The notes under the pieces: generated by a model
What the model was told of the DNA's origin: nothing
The model's input: the letters and a program-made list of their open reading frames with translations, nothing else
Databases searched by the model: none
Source: an uncultured Clostridia bacterium
Lineage (GTDB): Bacteria > Bacillota > Clostridia > Oscillospirales > Ruminococcaceae
NCBI GenBank assembly: GCA_938014915.1
Contig: CALLQQ010000043.1
Span: 1 to 47,509 of the forward strand
Direction of reading: 5' to 3'
DNA: 47,509 bases
In this document: piece by piece, positions 1 to 9,745 of the stretch
Layout of the letters: every line of letters begins with the position of its first letter
Position numbering within the stretch: the stretch's first letter is position 1
Translations under genes and position numbers: made by a program

Positions 1-1
1 A

Positions 2-445
2 GGGCAGACGGGAATGGAATCGGCGGAAATAATTTCATCAATTTGCAATCAGCTGAATCCCAGCGTTGTAATAGTAGTCGATGCCCTCGCCTGTTCAAGT
101 ATTAGCAGGCTAGGCAGTACAATTCAGGTGACGAACACGGGCATTTCACCAGGATCGGGAGTGCAGAATAAGAGAAAAGAACTATCTAAGGAAAGCATCG
201 GCGTGCCGGTAATTGCAATCGGTGTGCCGACGGTAGTCGATATGACGACGATAGCGCATGAAATGTTCGGCATGGAGGGGAGCGCATCAGCGAAGGAAAT
301 TTCAGAAAAGGGGCGCACAATGATGGTGACGCCTAGGGAAATTGATGTTATCATTGACCGTGCCGCGCGGCTCGTAGCGCTTGGAATAAACAGCGCATTG
401 CAACCAACGTTAAGTGTGCAAGATATAGAATGTTTAGTCGGATAG
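2..445 (+). CDS. gpr: Spore germination protease (GPR endopeptidase), C-terminal part; the 5' end lies outside the window
   Basis: The translation contains VVDALACSSISRLGSTIQVTNTGISPGSGVQNKRKEL and VPVIAIGVPTVVD, which match the conserved C-terminal half of GPR. The frame is open back to nt 2. It is followed by spoIIP, as in Bacillus and Clostridium. Confidence 0.85.
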   Translation, partial: GQTGMESAEIISSICNQLNPSVVIVVDALACSSISRLGSTIQVTNTGISPGSGVQNKRKELSKESIGVPVIAIGVPTVVDMTTIAHEMFGMEGSASAKEISEKGRTMMVTPREIDVIIDRAARLVALGINSALQPTLSVQDIECLVG

Positions 446-503
446 CTGCATATATTTAGTTAAGGGCGAAAGCTCAACTATGATATGTGGGGGGGAAATC
501 CGT

Positions 504-1640
504 ATGGCTAGGAGGCGCAAAGGACCGAATCCTAAGAAGATTTTAATATGTATATCAGCAATAATGCTATCGCCGGTTATTGCATCTCTTGCGGTGAATT
601 CATTCCCGATGGTGGCGGGCGCCGCTGAAAAGGCTGCTATTTTATCGGCGGGAATCACCCTTGCCGAAGGTGGCAAATTAGCAATAGAGAACGAATTATT
701 GACATATATTAATACCGATACAGTCGATGAAATATATTTCGATACGCAGGGGCTTGTAACATTGAATGACGGTATTGGTGACGATACGAAAAAGGAAGAA
801 AAAAAGAAAGATGAAAAGGAAGAAAAAAAAGAGGGCAAGCGTGACGGGAAAATTATTTTCAAGAATTATGGCGCAAATAAAGGTACAAGGTTCATCAATC
901 TTGATGTTGCAGGGCAGGTTAGGAATGCAACTTCTGTAAAAAATGCAACTTTAGTAAAAGAGGCAAAGAAGAAGCCCGACTTTAAGATTAAGGCTAATAA
1001 AAAGCCGGAAGTGCTGATAATGCACACACATACTACCGAGGGATTTGAGCCGTATGAGAGGGATTATTATGATAATTCGCACCCATCACGCACAAAGGAT
1101 TTAGATAAGAATGTTGCTAAAGTTGGGGAGGCATTGGCGAAAAAACTTGAGAATGCTGGCATTGGTGTAATTCATGATAAGACAATTCACGATAATCCAT
1201 CGTATAACGGCTCATATGAGAGGAGCGCCGTAACAGTTAAAAAAATCCTTAAAGAAAACCCGACGATAAAGGTAGTGCTGGATATTCATAGGGATGCGAT
1301 TGTGCAGGAAAATGGCGATAGAATCGCCCCGATAGCGGAAATTAACGGGAAAAAAGCTGCGCAAGTTATGATAATTTCCGGCTGCGATGATGGTACGATG
1401 AATATGCCGAATTACCTCAAGAACTTCCGTCTTGCATCATTATTGCAGCAACAAATTGAGAGCGATAATAAAGGGCTGACCAGGGCGGTACTATTCGATT
1501 ATCGGAAGTATAATCAGGATTTGACGACGGGCTCATTGCTAATAGAGGTGGGAGCATATTCCAACTCACTTGATCAAGCCGTATATTCGGCGGAACTAAT
1601 CGGCGACTCAATAGCAAAAGCATTACTCAGCTTAAAATAG
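504..1640 (+). CDS. spoIIP: Stage II sporulation protein P (SpoIIP, engulfment amidase/endopeptidase)
   Basis: It has an N-terminal TM helix, a K/E-rich linker, the HTHTTEGF and VLDIHRD motifs typical of SpoIIP, and gpr-spoIIP synteny. ATG 504 follows a G-rich SD (GGGGGG, 8-9 nt spacing). The in-frame ATG at 480 is an alternative start. Confidence 0.85.
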   Translation: MARRRKGPNPKKILICISAIMLSPVIASLAVNSFPMVAGAAEKAAILSAGITLAEGGKLAIENELLTYINTDTVDEIYFDTQGLVTLNDGIGDDTKKEEKKKDEKEEKKEGKRDGKIIFKNYGANKGTRFINLDVAGQVRNATSVKNATLVKEAKKKPDFKIKANKKPEVLIMHTHTTEGFEPYERDYYDNSHPSRTKDLDKNVAKVGEALAKKLENAGIGVIHDKTIHDNPSYNGSYERSAVTVKKILKENPTIKVVLDIHRDAIVQENGDRIAPIAEINGKKAAQVMIISGCDDGTMNMPNYLKNFRLASLLQQQIESDNKGLTRAVLFDYRKYNQDLTTGSLLIEVGAYSNSLDQAVYSAELIGDSIAKALLSLK

Positions 1641-1648
1641 GAGGAAGA

Positions 1649-2002
1649 ATGGGAAGAACAAAAAGAAACAGAAGTATGTTGGCGGTATATATATCGACAC
1701 TGATGATAATTGCGATAATAATACTATTCATATATACGGGAATGATGGTATATATAAATTCAACTCAAGTAGCATTCAATACCGATGTATCTATATTTGA
1801 ATCGATTAAAGGGGATGCTAACACATTAGCAATGCAGATAATGGGCAGGAAAATTATTATAGATATATCACCGATTAATGGCGCATTGTCACATATGGAG
1901 GACTACTATTCTTTTGCGCCGTCGTCAATGAAAGTTGGAATACCGATCATTACTAAGCTAAAAGAATTGTGGATTATTATTTATGAGAATATCATGTTAT
2001 AA
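1649..2002 (+). CDS. Hypothetical small membrane protein, in the position occupied by yqxA after spoIIP in B. subtilis
   Basis: GGAGG lies just upstream of the ATG. There is one N-terminal hydrophobic helix (LAVYISTLMIIAIIILFIYTGMMVYI). I do not recognise a family. Confidence 0.5.
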   Translation: MGRTKRNRSMLAVYISTLMIIAIIILFIYTGMMVYINSTQVAFNTDVSIFESIKGDANTLAMQIMGRKIIIDISPINGALSHMEDYYSFAPSSMKVGIPIITKLKELWIIIYENIML

Positions 2003-2054
2003 AGTCCGCACATTGAAATTGATGGGCTGATTTGCTATAATTATATCATTAATC

Positions 2055-2543
2055 ATGGCATCTAATAAGGGAGTGCGTCCAGTGATATATATGAATAGAG
2101 CGCTAGAACTAGCAAAATTAGCCTTTGATATAGGGGAAGTTCCCGTTGGTGCAGTGGTAATTTCACCCGATGGTGAAATTATCGGCGAGGGGTATAATCT
2201 GCGTGAATCGAGCAGGAATCCGCTCACCCATGCGGAAATTATAGCAATTGACAATGCGTCTAAACATCTTAAATCTTGGCGGCTGATTGATTGCAGCATC
2301 TATATAACGCTGGAGCCATGTGCGATGTGCTATGGTGCCATTGTCAATGCAAGGATAGGCAGGATTATATTCGGTGCTTATGATAAGAAGTCCGGAGTAT
2401 GCGGCTCACTCATCAATCTAACAAAGGTGCCATTCAACCATATGCCGGTAGTTGAGGGCGGATTCATGCAGGAAGAATGTTCGGCGCTGCTGTCGGATTT
2501 CTTTAAGGAATTAAGGGCAAGTAAAAAGACGAGTCACATATAA
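2055..2543 (+). CDS. tadA: tRNA-specific adenosine deaminase
   Basis: It has the CDA-fold zinc motifs HAEIIAI and PCAMCYGAI, and its size is about 150-160 aa. The start is uncertain. ATG 2055 lacks an SD, whereas GTG 2082 has AAGGGAG 8 nt upstream. Confidence 0.85.
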   Translation: MASNKGVRPVIYMNRALELAKLAFDIGEVPVGAVVISPDGEIIGEGYNLRESSRNPLTHAEIIAIDNASKHLKSWRLIDCSIYITLEPCAMCYGAIVNARIGRIIFGAYDKKSGVCGSLINLTKVPFNHMPVVEGGFMQEECSALLSDFFKELRASKKTSHI

Positions 2544-2547
2544 TATA

Positions 2548-2582
2548 ATGAACCTTACTAAAAAATAGTGAGGTTCATTTTT
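2548..2582 (+). terminator. Intrinsic terminator after tadA
   Basis: The hairpin atgaacct / aggttcat is followed by a T-run. Confidence 0.7.
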
Positions 2583-2723
2583 ATATACACAAATATATCT
2601 TAACAAAGTACATAATTTTATTAAATGTAAGCAAATTATATTATGATGAAGTTAAATATAATTGGCTCGCTTGAAAAAAGGCTCTTTTTAAAGTATCATT
2701 GTAATAGTAAGGAGGAGAACAAA

Positions 2724-3257
2724 ATGAAAAAGCTATTAAGTTTATTCGGTGCATTTTTTCGTATTGGCGCATTTACATTCGGCGGTGGATATGCAATGCT
2801 ACCAATGCTTCAAAAAGAGGCTGTTGATAAATATAAATGGGCAACGGAAGAAGAATTGCTCAACTATTATGCCGTCGGGCAATGTACTCCTGGCGTCATT
2901 GCAGTAAATACGGCAACATTCATTGGATATAAACAGGCGGGCATAATCGGCGGCATTGTCGCAACAGCAGGTGTCGTTGCGCCGTCACTACTAATCATTA
3001 TAACCATTGCCGCATTCTTGCAGAACTTTTCGCATTATGCAGTTGTGGGGCATGCCTTTGCTGGAATACGTGTTGCAGTCGCAGCACTTGTATTGAATGC
3101 AATATGGACAACAGGGATAAAAGATATTGTTGGTATAATTATATTCGGAGTGTCTTTTATTGTTTCGATTGTGTTTAATCTTTCGCCTGTCTATATAGTC
3201 ATTGCATCTTTATTTGTGGGCATATTCGTTAAGAGAGTGGAGGGTAAAAGGCAATGA
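2724..3257 (+). CDS. Chromate transporter (ChrA/CHR family), first half-size subunit
   Basis: It has FRIGAFTFGGGYAMLPMLQKE, which is typical of CHR-family proteins, and is a multi-pass membrane protein. AGGAGG lies 9 nt before ATG 2724. The ORF-track start at 2643 has no SD. Confidence 0.8.
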   Translation: MKKLLSLFGAFFRIGAFTFGGGYAMLPMLQKEAVDKYKWATEEELLNYYAVGQCTPGVIAVNTATFIGYKQAGIIGGIVATAGVVAPSLLIIITIAAFLQNFSHYAVVGHAFAGIRVAVAALVLNAIWTTGIKDIVGIIIFGVSFIVSIVFNLSPVYIVIASLFVGIFVKRVEGKRQ

Positions 3258-3841
3258 CATATATTCTAATGTTCTATGAGTTCTTTAAAACGGGGCTATT
3301 TGCTATCGGCGGCGGTCTTGCTACACTGCCTTTCCTTTACAATATGGCTGATAAATACACTTGGTTCGATAAGGCGATGCTTTCGGATATGATCGCCGTC
3401 TCCGAATCTACGCCCGGACCTCTCGGTGTAAATATGGCAAAGTATACGGGCTTCACAGTTGGGTCTTCCCTGAATGGAATTTTGGGCGGCATATTCGGCG
3501 GAATTGTTGCTACTGTCGGACTAATTACCCCATCCGTAATAATAATAATCATAATTGCAAAATTCCTTGCGAAGTTCGATGAAAATAAACTTGTGCAAGA
3601 TGGTTTTTACGGATTACGTCCTGCCGTGACTGCCTTAATTGCAGTTGCAGGCTATCAGGTATTCACTACATCCGTACTCAATCTTGAATTATATGAAAGT
3701 ACAAATAACTTCTTAAACCTATTCGATATTAGGACTTTAATATTATTTGCGATTATAGTTGCGCTAACTAATACAATTGGTAAGCACCCGATTTACTATA
3801 TTGCTGGTGCGGCAGTTGTTGGAATTGTATTGAAACTGTAA
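3254..3841 (+). CDS. Chromate transporter (ChrA/CHR family), second half-size subunit
   Basis: It has FKTGLFAIGGGLATLPFL and SESTPGP motifs. A 4-nt ATGA overlap with the upstream half gives the classic split-chrA pair. Confidence 0.8.
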   Translation: MTYILMFYEFFKTGLFAIGGGLATLPFLYNMADKYTWFDKAMLSDMIAVSESTPGPLGVNMAKYTGFTVGSSLNGILGGIFGGIVATVGLITPSVIIIIIIAKFLAKFDENKLVQDGFYGLRPAVTALIAVAGYQVFTTSVLNLELYESTNNFLNLFDIRTLILFAIIVALTNTIGKHPIYYIAGAAVVGIVLKL

Positions 3842-3851
3842 AAGACTTCAC

Positions 3852-3883
3852 AAAAAAATGAGCCAGTGATGGCTCATTTTTTT
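3852..3883. terminator. Bidirectional intrinsic terminator between the chrA pair and the convergent TetR gene
   Basis: A perfect hairpin (aaaaaaatgagcc / ggctcattttttt) is flanked by an A-run and a T-run. Confidence 0.8.
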
Positions 3884-3892
3884 ATTGCTTTT

Positions 3893-4489
3893 TTATTTTA
3901 GGAACTGTACGAATTTATCGGCTAGCATTGAATATAACTCATCACATGATAAGTCACTATACGGGGAAAAGCTATGTCGATAATTTACAATGACCATTAC
4001 TATTCCACCGATGATGAAATACAAATCTGAATCGGTAAAATCTGATTTAATCAATCCCTCGTCGGCTGCCTTTTCCGATAGGACACGAAAAATATCGTAT
4101 ACGACTATTTTCAGACGTGTCACCGTATTAGAGAGTTCTTCTTCTAGCGAATGCAGATTATTAGCAGGTTGCCGAAATATCAATGCTTTAGAAAAGATAA
4201 TACTATTCATTATCTTCTTATCAAGGCTCCCAATAACAGTAGTGAAACTTTGGTGGAATCCCCCGTCAATCTCTAAGGTTTTAAGTTGTACGAATTGCTG
4301 TTCTATACCGTAAATTACCGCTAGTTGCAGCAATTCGTCTTTACTATTGAAGTATTCGTACACTGTCCCTTTTCCGACACCAGCATCTTTGGCAATGTCG
4401 GAAATTTTAATATCATTTTGATTTGTTGTAGATTCTAATAGTCCGATGGTTGCATTAAATATTGCAACCCGTTTAGCATCCCTTGACAC
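3893..4489 (-). CDS. TetR/AcrR family transcriptional regulator
   Basis: It has an N-terminal HTH (ISDIAKDAGVGKGTVYEYFNSKDEL), is about 200 aa, and sits directly downstream of the RND pump gene on the same strand. Confidence 0.85.
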   Translation of the reverse strand: MSRDAKRVAIFNATIGLLESTTNQNDIKISDIAKDAGVGKGTVYEYFNSKDELLQLAVIYGIEQQFVQLKTLEIDGGFHQSFTTVIGSLDKKIMNSIIFSKALIFRQPANNLHSLEEELSNTVTRLKIVVYDIFRVLSEKAADEGLIKSDFTDSDLYFIIGGIVMVIVNYRHSFSPYSDLSCDELYSMLADKFVQFLK

Positions 4490-4502
4490 ATCTACCCTCC
4501 GT

Positions 4503-7500
4503 TCAGTCCTGAATTTTTGCAGGCTTGCGGTGGAAGATATCGTAAATTGTTGGTATTAGGAATAGAGTGAGTATCGTTGCATAGATTAATCCACCCATAG
4601 TTGCCGCCGCAATCGGCTTCATCATCTCTGCGCCTTGGCTATTATCGAATAGCGCCGTCGCTAGAGCAAATATCGTTGTACCAGCAGTCATAAGAATAGG
4701 GCGAATCCTATCACGTCCAGCGGTAATTAGCGCATCTCTATTCGCATAACCACTATCTCTAAGTTGATTTACATAGTCAACAAATACGATACCATTGTTG
4801 ACGACAACACCGACTAATATGATAATTCCTATCATTGCAACAATGCTAAGCTCCATACCGAGTGCAAATAGCAGGAAGAAACTACCCGTGAATGCAAGCG
4901 GTATTGTGAACATTACAATGAATGGCGATAGCAGTGACTGGAATTGTGCTACCATTACAAGATAGATGAATGCAATTGCAAGCAGTAGCATTAGTAGTAA
5001 ATCGCCGAACGCTTCATTAGTTGCCTCCATCTCACCGCCGATTTTATATTTATATCCTTCTGGGAATTCATATTCATCAAGCAAAGAAGAAATCTCTTTA
5101 TTTACGCTGTCGGCAGAATAACCATCATTCAATGATGCTGAAACAGTAATGACCCTCTCTTGATTAGTTCTATTGATGGAGGTGAATCCTTCTCCATAAT
5201 CGACCTGCGAGATATCGCCCACTTTTACAAAGTCGCCCATTGGTGATTCTATCTCAATTTTCTTAATATCATCTATGCTATTTGTAGTAGTAATTCTGTC
5301 ATCATGAACATAGATGTCATAATCGGTAGAAGTTGCATTGTCGGTTACCTGAGTTGCAACTTTAGTGCTGGCAATTTCCTCATTAACGGCCGTGAATACT
5401 TGTGCTACTGTCAATCCGTGCGCCATACTCTTCTTTTTATCGACGGTAATACGCACATCTTGCGTTGTTTTATCTAGTCCGTCATCTATTTCTATTGTAC
5501 CGTCAACTTTTGTTACAATGTCGCTAATGTCCGTAGCTAGTCCCCTCAATGTATCGAGATCACGACCGTATATTTCTATTGCCACAGGTTGACCGCTCAT
5601 CATTGCCATATCCATTGAACCGCCGGAAATAGATAGTTCCATGCCTATATCTTCAGTCTTATCACGAATAATCTGACTTACCTGTGATGTTGATAACTTC
5701 TTATCCTCATTGAGGAGTGCATATATAGTTGCCGAATTCTCACCCATTCCCATACCGCCGATCGAGAGCGAGCTTTGACCACCGTCAGAATACATTGCGC
5801 CGACGGTTTCGACTTCGTCAATTGTTCCGACAATTTCACTTATCTTATCAAGATCTTCATAGACGTCTTCTGTTGAAAAATCGTCGGGAATTTCAGCAGT
5901 AATGGCTATCATGCCCATATCGGTTTCAGGGAAGAGGGCTTTATCCATCTTATAGATAATGCCGCCTGTTGCACCAAGCATCACAACAACGAAAGTGATT
6001 ACAATCCACTTATGATCAAGTGTGAAATTAAGTGCCCTACCGTATGCGTTGCGGAATTTATTGAATAGCTTTTGCTTAGGCTCACGATAATTTTTATACA
6101 TTAATGAGAATGCCATTGGCACAAATGTTAATGCGGTAACAAGACTAGCTATTAATGAGAATGCTATTGTAAGACCCATATCGACGAATAGTTGTCTTGT
6201 AATTCCGCTTGTAAATACTATCGGCACAAACACGATAATTGTAGTAATTGTCGATGCAATGATAGCGCCCGAAACTTGCTTTGCACCGTCAATAGCGGCA
6301 TCCCTTGTGCTCCTACCCTCCGACCTCATGCGGAAGATATTTTCTATAACGACTATCGAGTTATCAACGAGCATTCCAATTCCGACGGCGAGCCCACCCA
6401 TTGATATAACGTTCATTGTAATTCCGGAGAAATACATTAGAACGAGTGCCGTGGTAACACTGATTATAATCGACATACCAACAATGAAAGTTGACTTTGC
6501 ACTCTTTAGGAATAGGAGCAGAATAATTATAGCAAGAATACCACCATATACTAGGTTCTTAATAACGGTGCTAACCATGATGTTTACATAATCACCTTGA
6601 TCCATCAAGCTATCAAATGTAACTCCTGCGTGTTCCTCCTCAAGTAAGTCAAGTTTGTCCCATACTCTCTTTGTTACATCGGCTGTCGAATATTCGGATT
6701 GCTTTTGAATTGTTAACATTACTGCGTCATTGCCGGATACTTTCGCATATTGTTCGCCTGCGTTAGTTAGCTCTTCAATATCGGCAATATCGGATAATGT
6801 GATGTTCTCAAATCCATCCATCTCAATTGAGAATACGGTCAGACCACGCACATCGTCAATAGAAGTTAGCTTGTCACCCGTACGCACTAGATACGACGAA
6901 TCGCCGTCTTCAATGCTGCCCGTTGGCATGGCGAAGTTCTGCCCCATGAGAATACCCTCTAGCATTTCAGTTGTAACATCTAGCGTTGGTATTTCAGGCT
7001 TATCAGTCGGCAATTCGATACCAAGACTAGCAAGCATTTCCGGAGTGAGCATATCCGGAGTTGTGCCCGCTGGCAATGATGGAGCGATCTGCTGGAACAT
7101 TTCCGCCATTGCAGCATTATAGGCATCATCTGCCGCCGTAGCAATATCTTCATTTAATTTATTTAATTTAGACTGGGATATTGTTACATTCACCATGTTA
7201 TCGAGCAGCCCTGTTGCCGATACTGAACCTACCCCCTCAACACCTTCAATTTCGGGGAGGAGTTCCTGTTCAATATAACTTGATGAAGTACCAATATCCT
7301 CACCTTCAACATAGGCTGATAATACCATTACAGGCATCATACTAGGATTGATTTTCATAAGCATCGGCGAGCCGACATCATCGGGGAAGTATGCCTTTAT
7401 CATATCGAGGCTTTCCCTCATTTCGATAACGGCAGTATCCATATTTGTATCCCCGACAAATTCAAGGATAATCATGGATAAGTGTTCACTTGATACACTT

Positions 7501-7739
7501 TGTATGTTCTTTACATTACTAATCGTACTCATACTTTGCTCAACTGAGCGTGTTACGGTCGTTTCAACCACTTCTGGCGAAGCGCCCGGATACGATGTTA
7601 CTACAACGACATAGGGAAGATTTAAATTAGGGAGTAAATCCACCGTCATGTTCATGTAGGACACGACCCCCAGAATAGCAACAAGGACTATTGCAACTAT
7701 TACGGTAAAGGGGCGTTTAACACTTTGCTTAGATAACAA
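4503..7739 (-). CDS. RND-superfamily efflux transporter permease (AcrB/SwrC-like)
   Basis: It is 1078 aa with a 12-TM, two-large-loop architecture. The N-terminus reads SVKRPFTVIVAIVLV and there are repeated VDNSIVVIENI / VNNGIVFVDY motifs. The start is TTG. No adjacent membrane-fusion protein gene is present. Confidence 0.85.
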   Translation of the reverse strand: MLSKQSVKRPFTVIVAIVLVAILGVVSYMNMTVDLLPNLNLPYVVVVTSYPGASPEVVETTVTRSVEQSMSTISNVKNIQSVSSEHLSMIILEFVGDTNMDTAVIEMRESLDMIKAYFPDDVGSPMLMKINPSMMPVMVLSAYVEGEDIGTSSSYIEQELLPEIEGVEGVGSVSATGLLDNMVNVTISQSKLNKLNEDIATAADDAYNAAMAEMFQQIAPSLPAGTTPDMLTPEMLASLGIELPTDKPEIPTLDVTTEMLEGILMGQNFAMPTGSIEDGDSSYLVRTGDKLTSIDDVRGLTVFSIEMDGFENITLSDIADIEELTNAGEQYAKVSGNDAVMLTIQKQSEYSTADVTKRVWDKLDLLEEEHAGVTFDSLMDQGDYVNIMVSTVIKNLVYGGILAIIILLLFLKSAKSTFIVGMSIIISVTTALVLMYFSGITMNVISMGGLAVGIGMLVDNSIVVIENIFRMRSEGRSTRDAAIDGAKQVSGAIIASTITTIIVFVPIVFTSGITRQLFVDMGLTIAFSLIASLVTALTFVPMAFSLMYKNYREPKQKLFNKFRNAYGRALNFTLDHKWIVITFVVVMLGATGGIIYKMDKALFPETDMGMIAITAEIPDDFSTEDVYEDLDKISEIVGTIDEVETVGAMYSDGGQSSLSIGGMGMGENSATIYALLNEDKKLSTSQVSQIIRDKTEDIGMELSISGGSMDMAMMSGQPVAIEIYGRDLDTLRGLATDISDIVTKVDGTIEIDDGLDKTTQDVRITVDKKKSMAHGLTVAQVFTAVNEEIASTKVATQVTDNATSTDYDIYVHDDRITTTNSIDDIKKIEIESPMGDFVKVGDISQVDYGEGFTSINRTNQERVITVSASLNDGYSADSVNKEISSLLDEYEFPEGYKYKIGGEMEATNEAFGDLLLMLLLAIAFIYLVMVAQFQSLLSPFIVMFTIPLAFTGSFFLLFALGMELSIVAMIGIIILVGVVVNNGIVFVDYVNQLRDSGYANRDALITAGRDRIRPILMTAGTTIFALATALFDNSQGAEMMKPIAAATMGGLIYATILTLFLIPTIYDIFHRKPAKIQD

Positions 7740-7779
7740 TTTTCAGTCACTTCTTTCTTCATTTGTTCTACTTTGCACC

Positions 7780-7799
7780 AGAACCGACTGGTCAGTTCT
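7780..7799. promoter_or_regulatory. Candidate TetR operator in the RND-tetR operon promoter
   Basis: It is an imperfect palindrome, AGAACcGACtgGTCaGTTCT, with 8 of 10 arm positions pairing. It lies immediately downstream of a minus-strand extended -10 (TGCTATAAT, 7807-7815) and about 40 nt upstream of the pump start. Confidence 0.5.
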
Positions 7800-7925
7800 A
7801 GAATACATTATAGCAATGAGCAAAGAATATTCACATAGAATTTTTATTAACAATTTTAAATTGGGAACACTTTCCGTATAAATAAAGCATAAACCACAGA
7901 ATTCACGTTAAACAAGCTTAATTTG

Positions 7926-7954
7926 TTGGCATTTATGACGATATATGATATAAT
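7926..7954 (+). promoter_or_regulatory. Sigma-A-type promoter of the M20 peptidase gene
   Basis: The promoter reads TTGGCA - 17 nt - TATAAT with TGa extended -10. The ORF's ATG (7962) starts 8 nt after the -10 hexamer. Confidence 0.6.
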
Positions 7955-7961
7955 ATAGTAT

Positions 7962-9473
7962 ATGGATAGAAACTTTTTTATAAGAAGAAAGAGAGCGGTA
8001 AATATGCTTGCACTATATATAATTCTCATAATATTTAGCATTATAATATTGCTAATGGGAATAGCTGCTATCAATGCAGCACGAATGGGGAAGGACTTCC
8101 CCGATGGGAAGGAATTTGATATGGAGAGTGGTGGCATCGATCCAGAGCGGCATGCCAAATCACTGTCGGAAATTATAAAGGTGCCGACGGTATCAAGATA
8201 CGGGAATAAAGATATGACGAATATTTATCGGCTACATAAAAAACTTGAGGAGTTGTATCCGAATATTCATAGCAAACTAGAGAAGATAGATATTGATGGA
8301 GCGCTACTATTTAAATGGAAAGGCGAAAACGCCGACGTTAAGCCAATTCTACTAATGTCGCATATGGACGTGGTAGAAGCAACAGGCAATTGGAAGTATG
8401 AACCCTTTTCAGGGACGATTGCTGATGGGAAAGTCTGGGGTAGAGGAACTGTCGACACGAAAGGATCGCTCTGTGCAATTTTGGAGGCTGTCGAACATCT
8501 AATCGAAGACGGTGTAACTCCGCATTGCGATGTATATATTGCATCATCGAACAATGAAGAAATCACGGGCGACGGCGCTATTAAGACTGTCGAATATTTG
8601 CATGAGAAAGGCATCACACTTGATTTAGTTATGGATGAGGGCGGAGCAGTAATGTCGAGTGTCGCCGGTGGAATGTCCGGCAGCAGTGCGATGGTAGGTA
8701 TATTTGAAAAAGGACGTGCAAATATTAAATTCACTGCCTATTCCCCTGGCGGGCATGCAAGCACTCCATTCAAGAACAATCCATTCGAACGATTAGTAAA
8801 ATTCATGCACACTATCGAAAACAAACGTGTCTTTAAGAAAAAATTGACGGAACCAGTCCGCCATATGTATAAGGCTATGACACCGTATATGTCATTCCGA
8901 TATAGATTCGTTTTGGGGAATCTATGGCTATTCGGTCCGATTCTCCCCTATTTCATGGGTAAACTTGGCGGTCAGGCGAATGCGCTTGTTTCGACAACTT
9001 GCGTATTCACAATGGCTAAAGGGAGTAATGGTGCGAATGTTATTCCCCAGCAGGCAAGCGTAACGGCGAATATGCGCTTCATGATACATCAGGGATTGGA
9101 AGAATCGTATGAAAAGGTAGCCCGTCTAGCGGCGAAACACGATATTGATATGGAGATGATAACGGGATTCGATTATTCAAAAGTGGCAGATATGAAAACA
9201 TACGCATATAAATACGTTGAGCAGAGCATTGCAAATTGCTTTGGCGATATACCGATAATACCATATGTGATGATGGCTGGAACGGATTCACGTCACTACA
9301 CTAAGATATGCGACTGTGTGTTGCGGTTCGTTCCCTTGATGATGACGAATGAGCAGCTTGCTAGTGCTCATGCCATTAATGAGAATTTATCGATAGAATC
9401 ACTTGAACGGGCGATAATTTTTTATAAAGATTTTATAAAAAATTATAAACGTGACAATTTGCAAAGAAGTTAA
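7962..9473 (+). CDS. M20/M25/M40 family metallopeptidase with an N-terminal membrane anchor
   Basis: It has LLMSHMDVV, GRGTVDTKG and SSNNEE..GDGA motifs of the M20 family (carboxypeptidase/dipeptidase type) and an N-terminal TM helix. An alternative start is ATG 8004. Confidence 0.8.
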   Translation: MDRNFFIRRKRAVNMLALYIILIIFSIIILLMGIAAINAARMGKDFPDGKEFDMESGGIDPERHAKSLSEIIKVPTVSRYGNKDMTNIYRLHKKLEELYPNIHSKLEKIDIDGALLFKWKGENADVKPILLMSHMDVVEATGNWKYEPFSGTIADGKVWGRGTVDTKGSLCAILEAVEHLIEDGVTPHCDVYIASSNNEEITGDGAIKTVEYLHEKGITLDLVMDEGGAVMSSVAGGMSGSSAMVGIFEKGRANIKFTAYSPGGHASTPFKNNPFERLVKFMHTIENKRVFKKKLTEPVRHMYKAMTPYMSFRYRFVLGNLWLFGPILPYFMGKLGGQANALVSTTCVFTMAKGSNGANVIPQQASVTANMRFMIHQGLEESYEKVARLAAKHDIDMEMITGFDYSKVADMKTYAYKYVEQSIANCFGDIPIIPYVMMAGTDSRHYTKICDCVLRFVPLMMTNEQLASAHAINENLSIESLERAIIFYKDFIKNYKRDNLQRS

Positions 9474-9487
9474 AATAAGATGGAATT

Positions 9488-9521
9488 AGGGCAAGAGTTT
9501 TTTTAAAAAAACTCTTGCCCT
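9488..9521 (+). terminator. Intrinsic terminator after the M20 peptidase gene
   Basis: A perfect hairpin is formed by agggcaagagttttt / aaaaactcttgccct. Confidence 0.8.
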
Positions 9522-9745
9522 ATTAATATTTGCTGAAAATCGGTATATAATACGATTATCGAATATTTATAAAAAAAGAAAAATCGTAGCCAACAATGAA
9601 TAATTGATAAAATGAGAGTGCATAATATATCTGTGACTTTAATTAAGTAGATAGGCATTAATTATAGCCTATCACCTAATATTGTCGAAGAAACTAACGG
9701 TATATCCGTACTATCATGCTATTATTCGGCGGAATGGAGGTCGTT

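Noticed and set aside
780-852. K/E-rich low-complexity repeat (KKEEKKKDEKEEKKEGK) inside spoIIP
   Set aside because: It is a charged linker between the membrane anchor and the catalytic domain, which is common in SpoIIP. It is not an independent repeat element.
2643-2723. 27-codon N-terminal extension of the first chrA ORF in the ORF track
   Set aside because: There is no SD at 2643, whereas AGGAGG precedes ATG 2724. The extension has no hydrophobic or family-typical sequence.
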